From an uncultured Bacteriovoracaceae bacterium (GTDB lineage: Bacteria > Bdellovibrionota > Bacteriovoracia > Bacteriovoracales > Bacteriovoracaceae), in assembly GCA_964012805.1 (NCBI GenBank), contig CAXGUD010000003.1, positions 32,001-96,000 on the forward strand: 64,000 bases of DNA, in the 5' to 3' direction. Positions 10,211-19,588 of the stretch are shown here, piece after piece; within the stretch, counting starts at the first letter, position 1; every line of letters starts with the position of its first letter. Below the pieces are notes generated by a model. That model ran no database searches and was not told where the DNA came from. It saw only the letters and a program-made list of their open reading frames with translations. Position numbers and translations under genes: made by a program.

Positions 10211-10729
10211 GTGAAAAAGACAATTAGTATTAATGACAAATCCATTGAAGTTGACCTGTTAAACCTCCAACAAGAAGAAATTCATTTTGAACTAGAAGGA
10301 GAGAGGTACAAGTTTAAGCTTCAAATGGAAAAATGTGGTAAAATCTTCCTTAAAGATGAAAGCGGAAAGAATAGTGAGGTATTTGGTTATAGACTCCCTT
10401 TTAAAAGCGGAATGACAGCTAAAAGTTGGCATTATGTTACGAATGGAAGGGACCTTTTCTTTGAATTGGCCGGGCGAGGAAAAAAGAAAAAGAAAAGTGA
10501 TCAAGAAGGACATATGCTCTCCCCTATGCCTGGTCAAGTTATCAAGGTTTTAGTTAAGGAAGGTCAGGAAGTTAATAAAAATGAGCCTCTTATTGTCCTC
10601 GAGGCCATGAAAATGGAGCACACAATAAGATCAAATTGTAAGGGCTTGGTTAAAAAGGTTTTTTTCAATCAAGGAGATTTAGTTGGTGGAGAAGTAGAGC
10701 TTTTAGAGCTTGTTCCATCTAAGGAGTAA
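10211..10729 (+). CDS. Biotin carboxyl carrier subunit (C-terminal part of split MCC alpha)
   Basis: SPMPG and EAMKMEH biotinylation motif; own SD GGAGGGG before GTG. Confidence 0.9.
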   Translation: MKKTISINDKSIEVDLLNLQQEEIHFELEGERYKFKLQMEKCGKIFLKDESGKNSEVFGYRLPFKSGMTAKSWHYVTNGRDLFFELAGRGKKKKKSDQEGHMLSPMPGQVIKVLVKEGQEVNKNEPLIVLEAMKMEHTIRSNCKGLVKKVFFNQGDLVGGEVELLELVPSKE

Positions 10730-10736
10730 AGGCTTT

Positions 10737-11651
10737 ATGCTTAAAAATCTTCCACAAAAAGTAAAAATCGTTGAAGTGGGCCCAAGGGATGGTCTTCAAA
10801 ACGAGAAATTGATTGTACCAACCGAGGATAAAGTCAAATTTATTCTTTTGTTGGGAGAGTCTGGTTTAAAAAATATTGAAGTCACAAGTTTTGTACGTCC
10901 AGATAGAATCCCTCAAATGACTGATGCAAAACAAGTTATTGAAGCACTTCAAAAAACAGATCTTATGAATACTGTAAACCTCTCCTGCCTTATTCCAAAC
11001 CTTAAAGGACTAGAAGCCGCTTCTAAGCTTGGTGTAAAGGAGATTGCAGTTTTTTCTTCGACAAGTGATACTTTTAATAAAAAAAATATAAACTCCACAG
11101 TTGAAGAGTCTCTAACTATAATACGGCCGGTAGTGAAGGAAGCACTTAAGCTAAATATAAGAGTGAGGGCCTATATTTCGACAGTTTTCGGTTGCCCTTA
11201 TGAGGGGAAGCCAAAGTCTTTGGATACATTAAAAAGGATGGTTGATTTTTTTGTTGAGGCGGGAGCTTATGAACTTTCTCTTAGTGACACTATTGGTCAT
11301 GGTAACCCAAAAGAAGTTGTCAGCGTTTTAGAATCTTTAAAAGACTCCGTCGATAGAAAAAATTTGGCCATGCATATGCATGATACAAGAGGTTTGGCAC
11401 TTAGTAATATTCTTACTGGTTTAGAAATGGGCATTTCCACTTTTGATGGGTCCTCTGGTGGATTAGGGGGCTGTCCTTATGCTAAGGGAGCTTCTGGAAA
11501 TTGTGCTACTGAAGAACTTGTTTATTTATTTGAATCTATGGGAATATCAACGGGTGTTGATATAAATAAACTAAAAGAGGCTTCATCTTTTGCACTTGAA
11601 AAATTAGAAAGAAAAAGCCCTTCTAAATTTCTTCAAGCCTATAAAAGTTAA
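10737..11651 (+). CDS. liuE: Hydroxymethylglutaryl-CoA lyase
   Basis: EVGPRDGLQNE, HMHDTRG, GLGGCPYAKGASGN; start moved to ATG 10737, after the BCCP stop. Confidence 0.93.
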   Translation: MLKNLPQKVKIVEVGPRDGLQNEKLIVPTEDKVKFILLLGESGLKNIEVTSFVRPDRIPQMTDAKQVIEALQKTDLMNTVNLSCLIPNLKGLEAASKLGVKEIAVFSSTSDTFNKKNINSTVEESLTIIRPVVKEALKLNIRVRAYISTVFGCPYEGKPKSLDTLKRMVDFFVEAGAYELSLSDTIGHGNPKEVVSVLESLKDSVDRKNLAMHMHDTRGLALSNILTGLEMGISTFDGSSGGLGGCPYAKGASGNCATEELVYLFESMGISTGVDINKLKEASSFALEKLERKSPSKFLQAYKS

Positions 11652-11682
11652 ATCTTACAATAATTATCTTTAAGAATAAGAG

Positions 11683-12519
11683 GTGGTCATGAGCTACTAT
11701 GAGAAAACTTTTTCTGACCTTAAACTTAAGACTCAGTCATTTGAAGGCCAAACTTGTCTATGGGTTGGGTTAAATAGGCCAGAAGCTAGGAATGCTCTAA
11801 GTTTAGATATGATTGAGTCTTTAGTTCAGGTACTGGAGCAAGGAGATCAGGATCCTGAAATAAAGGTAATGGTCATCTATGGTGAAGGAGAATGTTTTAG
11901 TGCCGGTGGGGACGTTAAGGATATGGAATCAAGGGAAGGAATGTTTGCCGGAGATTCAAATGAGTTAAGGCTCAATTATGTTCATGGAATTCAGAAAATA
12001 CCAAGGGCCATTGAAAATTTAAATACTCCCCTGTTGGCAATGATCAATGGCCCAGCGATTGGTGCAGGAGCGGATTTAGCTTCAATGTGTGATCTCAGGG
12101 TTGGATTTTATAATTCAAAATTTGGAGTAACCTTTTCTAAGCTTTCTTTAGTTTCTGGAGATGGAGGACTCTTTTTCCTGCCCAGAATCGTTGGATATGC
12201 TAAGGCCTTGGAAATGTCTCTGACTGGAGATATCTATAATGGTGAAGAATGCTTTAAAATGGGTCTTTTAAATACTTATGCCGAAAAAAAAGAAGACCTC
12301 TTACCTAAAACCGAGAAGCTTATAAATAAAATTTTATCCAATGGTCCAGTTTCTCAATCTATGATTAAGAGAGCACTCAAACATAGTACTAAAGGAGACC
12401 TTAATTCTTGTTTAGATTTAATGGCCGCTTACCAGGGAATAGTTCAAAGAACTGATGATCATTTTGAGTCACTAAAGGCCTTTAGGGAAAAAAGAAGGCC
12501 AATATTTAAAGGAAAATGA
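11683..12519 (+). CDS. Enoyl-CoA hydratase/isomerase family protein
   Basis: NRPEARNAL, FSAGGDV, NGPAIGAG, GDGG, C-terminal AFREKRRPIFKG. Confidence 0.88.
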   Translation: MVMSYYEKTFSDLKLKTQSFEGQTCLWVGLNRPEARNALSLDMIESLVQVLEQGDQDPEIKVMVIYGEGECFSAGGDVKDMESREGMFAGDSNELRLNYVHGIQKIPRAIENLNTPLLAMINGPAIGAGADLASMCDLRVGFYNSKFGVTFSKLSLVSGDGGLFFLPRIVGYAKALEMSLTGDIYNGEECFKMGLLNTYAEKKEDLLPKTEKLINKILSNGPVSQSMIKRALKHSTKGDLNSCLDLMAAYQGIVQRTDDHFESLKAFREKRRPIFKGK

Positions 12520-12658
12520 GTAAGCTCTACCCTTATCTTATAGTTTATCATCCTAACACTTTCTAACTTTTTCAAACTCTTCAATTCAGACCCTTTATTA
12601 AAGGCTTTAGCTTTTTAGAAGAAGTTGACAATGGCCTTATGTTCATTCGAGAATTAAA

Positions 12659-13024
12659 ATGTTCCAAAAATTTGGAGACCTCTTGTCAAAGGTAATACTA
12701 CTAGTGTTTCTAAGTATAGGCTGCACGACGATTCATTACCAATCGAATGAAACAATCCCCGTCCTATGGGGAAGTCAAAAAGAAGTAACTGATGAGACTA
12801 AGGTGGTTCTTGGAACAAAGGACTTTTATCTCTGGGGCCTTTATCCGGAGAGCCAATCAGTTTTTCTTGATGATGAATTTAAGAAAGTAGGTTTCCAAAA
12901 GGTCAATAAAACTGTCATTGAAGAATTTCAAACAGCATTAGATAAAATAAAAGAGTACGCCACTTTAGGGATGTATATACCAAAGAGGTATAAACTAATT
13001 GGACATGGAAAAAAGGTAGATTAG
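12659..13024 (+). CDS. Bor/Iss-like lipoprotein
   Basis: Lipobox LSIGC; FYLWGL and TLGMYIP motifs typical of the Bor family. Confidence 0.6.
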   Translation: MFQKFGDLLSKVILLVFLSIGCTTIHYQSNETIPVLWGSQKEVTDETKVVLGTKDFYLWGLYPESQSVFLDDEFKKVGFQKVNKTVIEEFQTALDKIKEYATLGMYIPKRYKLIGHGKKVD

Positions 13025-13059
13025 GTTTTTTGTAGGAAATAGAGGTTGATAAAACATTT

Positions 13060-13440
13060 ATGAAAGTTAGATGGTTTATTTTCCAACCTATTGTTTTGAT
13101 CCTTTTTTTTTCGTGTAGTACATCTTTGAGGGTGACTTCAGAGGAATGTAGCGGAAGGCTTTATTTAGCTAAATTAAAAGGCTCCAAGCTTTCAAAACTA
13201 AATAGAGTCTCCAAATTAGAAGAAAAAAAACTTACTAGTTTTTCTTTTATAGGTAACGCAGATACTATTTATTTGGGGGAATTTTTAAGAAAGAAAAGAA
13301 TGGACTGTCGTAAAAAGCAGGCGCTTTCTTTAACAATAAAAAATACCTGGAGTGATGTAGTTTTGAGCTTAGTGCCTTTTATTAATAGGACAACTGTAAG
13401 AGTTTCAATCGGACCTTTAAGAAGAATAAAGAAAAAATAA
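13060..13440 (+). CDS. Hypothetical lipoprotein, possibly a divergent Bor-like paralogue
   Basis: Lipobox FFSC; C-terminal TWSDVVLSLVPFINRTTVRV resembles the Bor C-terminus. Confidence 0.55.
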   Translation: MKVRWFIFQPIVLILFFSCSTSLRVTSEECSGRLYLAKLKGSKLSKLNRVSKLEEKKLTSFSFIGNADTIYLGEFLRKKRMDCRKKQALSLTIKNTWSDVVLSLVPFINRTTVRVSIGPLRRIKKK

Positions 13441-13569
13441 GAAGGTAAGGTTAGAACCAATTAAAATATCATGTTAAACTTTAGGGAGTTCTTATTGGCC
13501 CCGTAAAAGGGAAACATAATTTGACTTGTTCATGATGAGCAAATGCTGGGCCAGGAGGGCCGCTTTTTC

Positions 13570-13965
13570 TTAAAATTTCTGCCCTCTATATTTGATTCTT
13601 GTTTTGCTGCACTCCATAAATTTGGGCCCATTTAAAAAGCCTTTGTCTACTCCACAAGTGTTCAATATGTATTTGTCTGTGCAAAGAGTCTCATTTTCAA
13701 TCTCAGAAAAAAGTATTTTTTTATTTCTAAAAAAAAAATTCCTTGGGTTTTTTTTACAGTCATTCACATAGTGAGCAGGTGTTTCACTAAACTCGTTCAT
13801 AAGACATAGGCGATGAAAATTACTCGGCTTTAAATTATAAATATTTTCTGCGACTTTTTTGCATATTGAAGCGGTCAAGGGTCGAGGAGTAAAAAAAATA
13901 AGGATCATAAAAGTAAAAATTATAGAATTAATAATTTTTGAAAATATTTGATTTGAAGTAACCAT
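13570..13965 (-). CDS. Hypothetical Cys-rich exported protein
   Basis: N-terminal hydrophobic segment, six Cys in the mature region, GCCGATAA just upstream. Confidence 0.6.
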   Translation of the reverse strand: MVTSNQIFSKIINSIIFTFMILIFFTPRPLTASICKKVAENIYNLKPSNFHRLCLMNEFSETPAHYVNDCKKNPRNFFFRNKKILFSEIENETLCTDKYILNTCGVDKGFLNGPKFMECSKTRIKYRGQKF

Positions 13966-13972
13966 AGTGAGT

Positions 13973-13999
13973 TTATCGGCTCTTAAAATTTATAATTAA
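13973..13999 (-). promoter_or_regulatory. Putative sigma28-type promoter
   Basis: Perfect GCCGATAA -10 element (13980-13973), TTAA 15 nt upstream. Confidence 0.45.
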
Positions 14000-15017
14000 A
14001 ATCTATTCCTCTTTTTTTAAATGAATATTCATCTAAATAAGTCTTTTCATAAGAATGAAGGGAAAATGATAAATTTTTATTTTTGTAAGTAAATATAAAT
14101 CCCATTTTATTACTTTCTAGAAAAAAGACATTAAAGTTGAGGTATTTATTGAGGTATAAATTTGTTCCATACCGAGTCGTTTTCAACTTATCGTTATTAC
14201 TCCCTGATATTGGTGTTGTATTAAAAAAAAAGTCTAATGATGAAAAATATGGACTTTTAAAAGGAGAGTAAAACTTTTTAGACTTTAGGCCAGAGACAAG
14301 GCTCCAATAAATATAATCTCTGTTAATTAAGGGGAATGACTTGAAATCTAATGTTAGATTAAGAATTTTAAAATTTATATCTAATAGTAGATTAAGTTCT
14401 GAAAAAAAAATCCACTTGAAATTTGAGAGCGTTTGATCTGGTTGTTCTATAAGAAGATCATTGATTGAAAAACTTTTATTCATAGATTTTCTAAGACCAT
14501 ATGTAATCTGGGGAATTATAAGAATTCCACTTCTATTAAAGAAAAATCTTTTAGAGGTCTTTCCCGCCAAGGTATGATTCATAAGGGAATCAAGCACTGT
14601 TGGTGTGTTTGGATTAATAAAAAGAAACTGATTTGAGCTAAAAGAAAATGAGTGATGGAAAAGTCTTTTTTCGAATGAAGTTTCTAATTTAAAGTTTAAG
14701 AGATTAGGTGTTCCAGCTGTGTTGGAGATAGCTTCTGTGATCTTTGTACTATCACCAGTTCTAATTTGATTATAGAAATCTAGAAAAGAGGGCGATCTTG
14801 AAAAGATAAAAAAAGACTTCTTTAGGAAAATATCTTTTTCGAAATAGGGGTGAATAAGCCAGTCATGGAAGTTTCTGGATGATGAAAGGTCGAATAATTT
14901 AGATTGTACCAGGTCTAACTTTTGTGTTGAAGCGCTCGCTCCTTTGCAGCTTAGAATTATAGATAAAATTAAAAGAGGTAGATAGACTTGTATGATTTTC
15001 TCCATTGAAATATCCAT
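13983..15017 (-). CDS. Hypothetical outer-membrane beta-barrel-like protein
   Basis: Signal-like N-terminus, aromatic-rich alternating strands, terminal GIDFNYKF barrel signature. Confidence 0.55.
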   Translation of the reverse strand: MDISMEKIIQVYLPLLILSIILSCKGASASTQKLDLVQSKLFDLSSSRNFHDWLIHPYFEKDIFLKKSFFIFSRSPSFLDFYNQIRTGDSTKITEAISNTAGTPNLLNFKLETSFEKRLFHHSFSFSSNQFLFINPNTPTVLDSLMNHTLAGKTSKRFFFNRSGILIIPQITYGLRKSMNKSFSINDLLIEQPDQTLSNFKWIFFSELNLLLDINFKILNLTLDFKSFPLINRDYIYWSLVSGLKSKKFYSPFKSPYFSSLDFFFNTTPISGSNNDKLKTTRYGTNLYLNKYLNFNVFFLESNKMGFIFTYKNKNLSFSLHSYEKTYLDEYSFKKRGIDFNYKF

Positions 15018-15079
15018 TTTCGAAATGATTAGAATGAGTCTATTTTATCGGATAAAAGAATAAAAAGAAAATGAACTTC

Positions 15080-17122
15080 TTAGAGATCTTTCATAAGGTT
15101 TGAGAAAAAGTCCTGTTTATACTTCTCAGCTTCTTCTTCATTAAGGTGCCCAAAAGTTGTTCTATCTTGCTCAAGATAGAGTTTTTTTTCTTTTAATGGA
15201 GATATAAATCTTGATGGATGACGTGGTTGTTTTTTTCCGTAAAGAATTCTCTCTTTACAATAAGTCATGATAAGCTTTTTCTTTGCTCTTGTGATGCCTA
15301 CATAACAAAGCCTTCTTTCCTCATTAATATCACCACCTTCTTGAATTATCTTTTTATGAGGAAGAGTTTCTTCTTCAATTCCAATCAAATAGACAAGGTC
15401 AAACTCAAGCCCCTTTGATGAGTGGAGGGTCATAAGAGAAACCTCATTAGCAATGGTGGATTCTTCTTCATCAGGAGAGTCCTTTTTGGTTTGTGAATCT
15501 TGGAGTAAAAGTTTTTCCACAAAGTTTTTTAGATTTCCATCTACGGGGCCTCTTTGAGCAAACCTTTTGGCAGATTCAAGGAATTGATTAACATCATTTT
15601 TTCTTCTTTGAATTTGTTTTGGAGTTCTTTCATACTGTTTTTCAATATAACTATTGTAATCAATTTTTTGAATGAGTTCATCAAGAGCTTGATCCAGACT
15701 TTTTTCTTTGAAGACTTTTTGAAAGTACCGGATCATTTTTGAGAATTGGAATATCAATGGTCCTCTCTTTGAATCAAGTTCTGGGTACGTTTCAAAGGCC
15801 CTGAAGAGGGATAGTTTTGTTTCTCGGGCTTTTTCCAGATACTTGGAAAGGGTTGAAGGTCCAATTCCCCTTGAGGGTACATTTAGAATTCTTCTTAAAG
15901 ATAATTCGTCGCGGGGATTCAAAATGATAAAAAGGTAGGCCATTAAATCCTTAACTTCCTTCTTTTCATAGAACTTTTGGCCTCCAATAATTTTGTAAGG
16001 AACCTGCATTATTCGAAGTTGGTCTTCCAAAGGTCCATTAAGTGTGTGACTTCTGTAGAGTATTGCAACCTCGGAAAGAGGCTTCCCTTCTGATTGATAG
16101 CGGGCGATTTCTTCAGCAAGAATTTGAGACTCGTGGTCGGGGTCTGCCATTGACCAAAGGACTGGTAAATCATCTGACTTTTGCTGGCTCCATAATGTTT
16201 TTTCCCTTCTATTTTTGTTATCCTTAATGACCTGATTTGCCAGTTCTAAAATTGGCATTGTAGATCGATAGTTTTGTTCGAGTTTGATAATCGTGGCGTT
16301 TGGGAAGTTTTTTTCAAAGTCCAATATATTTCTGATATCTGCTCCTCTAAAAGAGTATATGGACTGGTCATCATCTCCGACTACGCAAAGGTTATTATGC
16401 TGTGTCGTTAGTTTCATCACAATTTGAAATTGTAGAGGATTAGTGTCTTGGTACTCATCAATCATAATATAACGAAACTTTTTAGAGTAGAGTTCGGCAA
16501 CATCAGGGTGCTGGTTTAAAAGCTTGAGTGTAAGGAAAAGAATGTCATCAAAGTCAATGGCATTGAAAAACTTTAGCTTTTCCTGGTAATAAATATAACA
16601 ATATTCTGTAACATCGTCGTATGAGTCTTCTGGATCAAAATGTTTAGAATGTGGAAATTCCTCTGCGCTCACACCAGAATTTTTAAGGAAGCCTATTTTT
16701 GAGAGGATGGTTTGAGCATCAAATTGTTTACCAGATCTAAAACTTCTAAGGGCCTCTCGAATAAGGGCTATCTGGTCTCCTGTATCGTAGATTGTGAAGT
16801 TTTTGTAATACCCCAATTTTTCAATTTCATTTTTAAGAATTTTAATGCCTAGAGAATGGAAGGTACAAAGAGTTATTTCTTTTGATTTTTGATGGCCCAA
16901 AAGTCCTTTTACTCTTTCTTTCATTTCCATTGCGGCCTTATTCGTAAAGCTAACTCCAAGAATACTTGAGCCAGGAATACCTAGATGGTCTACCATATAG
17001 GCTATTCTGCACGTTAGGGTTCCTGTTTTACCACTTCCTGCTCCGGCAAGTATAAGGACAGGGCCTTTAACCGTGGTAGCTGCTTTCTGTTGCTCTGGGT
17101 TAAGTTTTTGAAGAGAGATCAT
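15080..17122 (-). CDS. UvrD/Rep family superfamily 1 DNA helicase
   Basis: AGAGSGKT, FTNKAA, IDEYQDTN, VGDDDQSIYSFRGA, NYRS, TLHSSKGLEF, EERRLCYVGITRA. Confidence 0.95.
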   Translation of the reverse strand: MISLQKLNPEQQKAATTVKGPVLILAGAGSGKTGTLTCRIAYMVDHLGIPGSSILGVSFTNKAAMEMKERVKGLLGHQKSKEITLCTFHSLGIKILKNEIEKLGYYKNFTIYDTGDQIALIREALRSFRSGKQFDAQTILSKIGFLKNSGVSAEEFPHSKHFDPEDSYDDVTEYCYIYYQEKLKFFNAIDFDDILFLTLKLLNQHPDVAELYSKKFRYIMIDEYQDTNPLQFQIVMKLTTQHNNLCVVGDDDQSIYSFRGADIRNILDFEKNFPNATIIKLEQNYRSTMPILELANQVIKDNKNRREKTLWSQQKSDDLPVLWSMADPDHESQILAEEIARYQSEGKPLSEVAILYRSHTLNGPLEDQLRIMQVPYKIIGGQKFYEKKEVKDLMAYLFIILNPRDELSLRRILNVPSRGIGPSTLSKYLEKARETKLSLFRAFETYPELDSKRGPLIFQFSKMIRYFQKVFKEKSLDQALDELIQKIDYNSYIEKQYERTPKQIQRRKNDVNQFLESAKRFAQRGPVDGNLKNFVEKLLLQDSQTKKDSPDEEESTIANEVSLMTLHSSKGLEFDLVYLIGIEEETLPHKKIIQEGGDINEERRLCYVGITRAKKKLIMTYCKERILYGKKQPRHPSRFISPLKEKKLYLEQDRTTFGHLNEEEAEKYKQDFFSNLMKDL

Positions 17123-17348
17123 AAAGACACTTTTTTAAAGGGGTATAGACTTTTTGAAGATTAATGAACCTATTGCCCTTTTGACAAGGTTTGATGCCAA
17201 TAAGGGAGTAAATAAAATGCCTCGATGACTGGAAGAAGAAAATCAGGCATGCTATTGTGGCGGTCATTAATAAGTTTTTCGCATTGTATCTTTTTTCGTT
17301 GGAAATTAGGATCCTTGTTCATTTGATAAATCTTGCTTTAGGTGTTTT

Positions 17349-19052
17349 ATGAAAAGATATCTTGTCACTTCGGCCCTTCCTTACGCTAATGGACCCATTC
17401 ACTTTGGACATCTAGTAGGTGCGTATATTCCTGCTGACGTATACACGAGACACAAAAAAATGCAGGGAGAGAATGCTATCCACATATCGGGTTCAGATGA
17501 GCATGGAGTGGCCATCATCATGGGTGCCCAAAAGGCCAAAAAGTCCTGCCAAGATTATGTGAATGATTGGCATAAGGAGCATAAAAAGCTTTTTGACCTT
17601 TTTGACATTCAATTTGATTACTTTGGACAAACATCTGCGGAATATCATCACGAAGAAGTTCTAAAATGGTTTGAAGCTTTAAATGAAAAAGGTCTCATTG
17701 GGCCTAAAGACACGCAACAACTTTTTTGCAAGAGCTGTGAAAATCACCTTCCAGATCGCTTTGTTGAAGGTGAATGCTATGAGTGTGGTTATAAGCACGC
17801 TAGGGGAGATGAGTGCCCTAATTGTGGAATTCTTATTGATCCAACGAAGCTTATAAATCCTGTTTGTAAAATTTGTGGGGCCCAAAATTCTGAAGAAGTC
17901 ACCGTAACACAATGGTATTTACTTCAATCTAAATTTCATGATCATTTTAAAGACTGGTTGAAGACCAAAAAAGATATTTGGCGTAAAACAGTCTACCCTT
18001 TTGTTGAAGCTTTAACTGAGAAAGGCCTTCACGATAGGGCCATAACAAGGGATTTGGATTGGGGGATTGATGTTCCTCTTGCCGAAGCTAGAGGTAAGAA
18101 GCTCTACGTTTGGTTTGATGCTCCTATTGGTTATGTAAGTAACACAAAACAATTGTTTAAAGAAACAGGCAGCAAAGAAGATTACTTAAAAGATTGGTGG
18201 AATAACCCAGATACAGAAATCATCCATTTTGTAGGAAAGGATAATATTATTTTTCACACTGTTATTTTTCCTGTTATGGGTATGGGATCTGGAAGAATTA
18301 ATCCCCCAAGTGATGTTCCAGCAAATCAATTCCTTAATTTAGAAGGAAAACAATTCTCAAAGTCGAGTGGCTGGTATGTTGATATTGAAGAAGCTTTTAA
18401 AAACTTTGGTGTCGATTCATTAAGGTATTACCTTCTCTCAATTTTACCGGAGACAAGCGATTCAAGCTTTGCTTGGAAAGAGTTTGGGCTAAAAGTTAAC
18501 GGTGAATTGGCCAATAATATCGGAAACCTCGTTAACCGCTGTCTTAAATTTTGGAAAAAGAATTGGAGTGATGGTCTTGATGCAAGGTTTTTTGAAGGTT
18601 TCTCGGAGTCTGATCATGGAAAGGCATTTAAGGAAGCTTTAGCTAAACTCAACGAATGCCTTGATAAAAAGCAGATAAGGAAAGGCCTAGAGCAGTTGAT
18701 GAGTATGGGGCAAATGGCCAATACTTTCTTTAGCGATCAGGAGCCTTGGGCCCAATTCAAGACTGAGCCTGAAAAAGCGGCCAAGACAATAGCTCAATCG
18801 GGGATTCAAATACTTATTTTAGGAGTTCTTTTTAGTCCTTTTCTTCCAACCCTGAGCGGAAAAATACTCTCTTTTTTCGATTTGTCCCTGGAAGATCAAA
18901 TTAAGCAGAAAATTTACCGAGGAGACTGGAGTGTCCTTGATCAGCTCTTTAAAGAGGGTGGAGTACTTAAGGGAAAACCAAAGGCCCTTGTTCCTAAGAT
19001 TGAGGATGAGGTAATTCAGAAATTGACTGACGAACTTCACCAGGGAAAGTAA
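17349..19052 (+). CDS. metG: Methionine--tRNA ligase (short form, no C-terminal tRNA-binding domain)
   Basis: ALPYANGPIHFGH, SDEHG, four CxxC zinc motifs, YVWFDAPIGY, GKDNI, QFSKS. Confidence 0.96.
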   Translation: MKRYLVTSALPYANGPIHFGHLVGAYIPADVYTRHKKMQGENAIHISGSDEHGVAIIMGAQKAKKSCQDYVNDWHKEHKKLFDLFDIQFDYFGQTSAEYHHEEVLKWFEALNEKGLIGPKDTQQLFCKSCENHLPDRFVEGECYECGYKHARGDECPNCGILIDPTKLINPVCKICGAQNSEEVTVTQWYLLQSKFHDHFKDWLKTKKDIWRKTVYPFVEALTEKGLHDRAITRDLDWGIDVPLAEARGKKLYVWFDAPIGYVSNTKQLFKETGSKEDYLKDWWNNPDTEIIHFVGKDNIIFHTVIFPVMGMGSGRINPPSDVPANQFLNLEGKQFSKSSGWYVDIEEAFKNFGVDSLRYYLLSILPETSDSSFAWKEFGLKVNGELANNIGNLVNRCLKFWKKNWSDGLDARFFEGFSESDHGKAFKEALAKLNECLDKKQIRKGLEQLMSMGQMANTFFSDQEPWAQFKTEPEKAAKTIAQSGIQILILGVLFSPFLPTLSGKILSFFDLSLEDQIKQKIYRGDWSVLDQLFKEGGVLKGKPKALVPKIEDEVIQKLTDELHQGK

Positions 19053-19100
19053 GGAGCACTGATTTATAACCTCCTGCTTTTAATAGTCGGGAGGGTTCAA

Positions 19101-19571
19101 ATGAAATCAATAAAGGCCCTTTTTATCTTCACTCTTATATGGAGTAGTGTTGTTTATTTCAATTTAAAAAAAAGCACTCTTGGCTCTGTTAAGAATCCAA
19201 TTAAAGTTTGGGTATTGGCTGATAAAGAGAAAGCTGTCTATTTTCGAGCAAAAGAACTCGTTAAGGGTTTAAGGGAAGAGACAGGCTTTAACTATGAATG
19301 GAAGGTTGTTTTCTCAGAACAAGAAGCTAATGAGTCGTTGAGCTTGTCCAAAATCGATGTTCTTTTACACTTAGAAAATTCCGAATTAAAAGCAAAAAAA
19401 CCGCGAGAAGTTTCCAAAGAAGCTAAGGCAAGTGAAGCCGATGGTTCCTCGTTGAGAAACCCAGCAAGCTTTCAAAAACAAGGGTTTAAAAAATCTGTCA
19501 AAGCCGTCCAGTTTCGAAAAGCCCTCCCAAAAAGAATCAATTACAGTATTTTGAAAGGGCTTAGAAAGTAA
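19101..19571 (+). CDS. Exported protein resembling a truncated PhnD-type substrate-binding protein
   Basis: N-terminal TM/signal, LGSVKNPIKV...LREETG...KIDV and FRKALP segments; only 156 aa. Confidence 0.5.
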   Translation: MKSIKALFIFTLIWSSVVYFNLKKSTLGSVKNPIKVWVLADKEKAVYFRAKELVKGLREETGFNYEWKVVFSEQEANESLSLSKIDVLLHLENSELKAKKPREVSKEAKASEADGSSLRNPASFQKQGFKKSVKAVQFRKALPKRINYSILKGLRK

Positions 19572-19588
19572 GAAATTGCTTTAGAGAA

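Noticed and set aside
13510..13540. Hammerhead-like words GAAAC...ATGATGAG
   Set aside because: The core reads ATGATGA, not CTGATGA, and there is no room for stem I
17123..17348. SAM riboswitch or T-box upstream of metG
   Set aside because: Only a modest ATGCCT/AGGCAT hairpin; no T-box bulge or SAM-I core motifs
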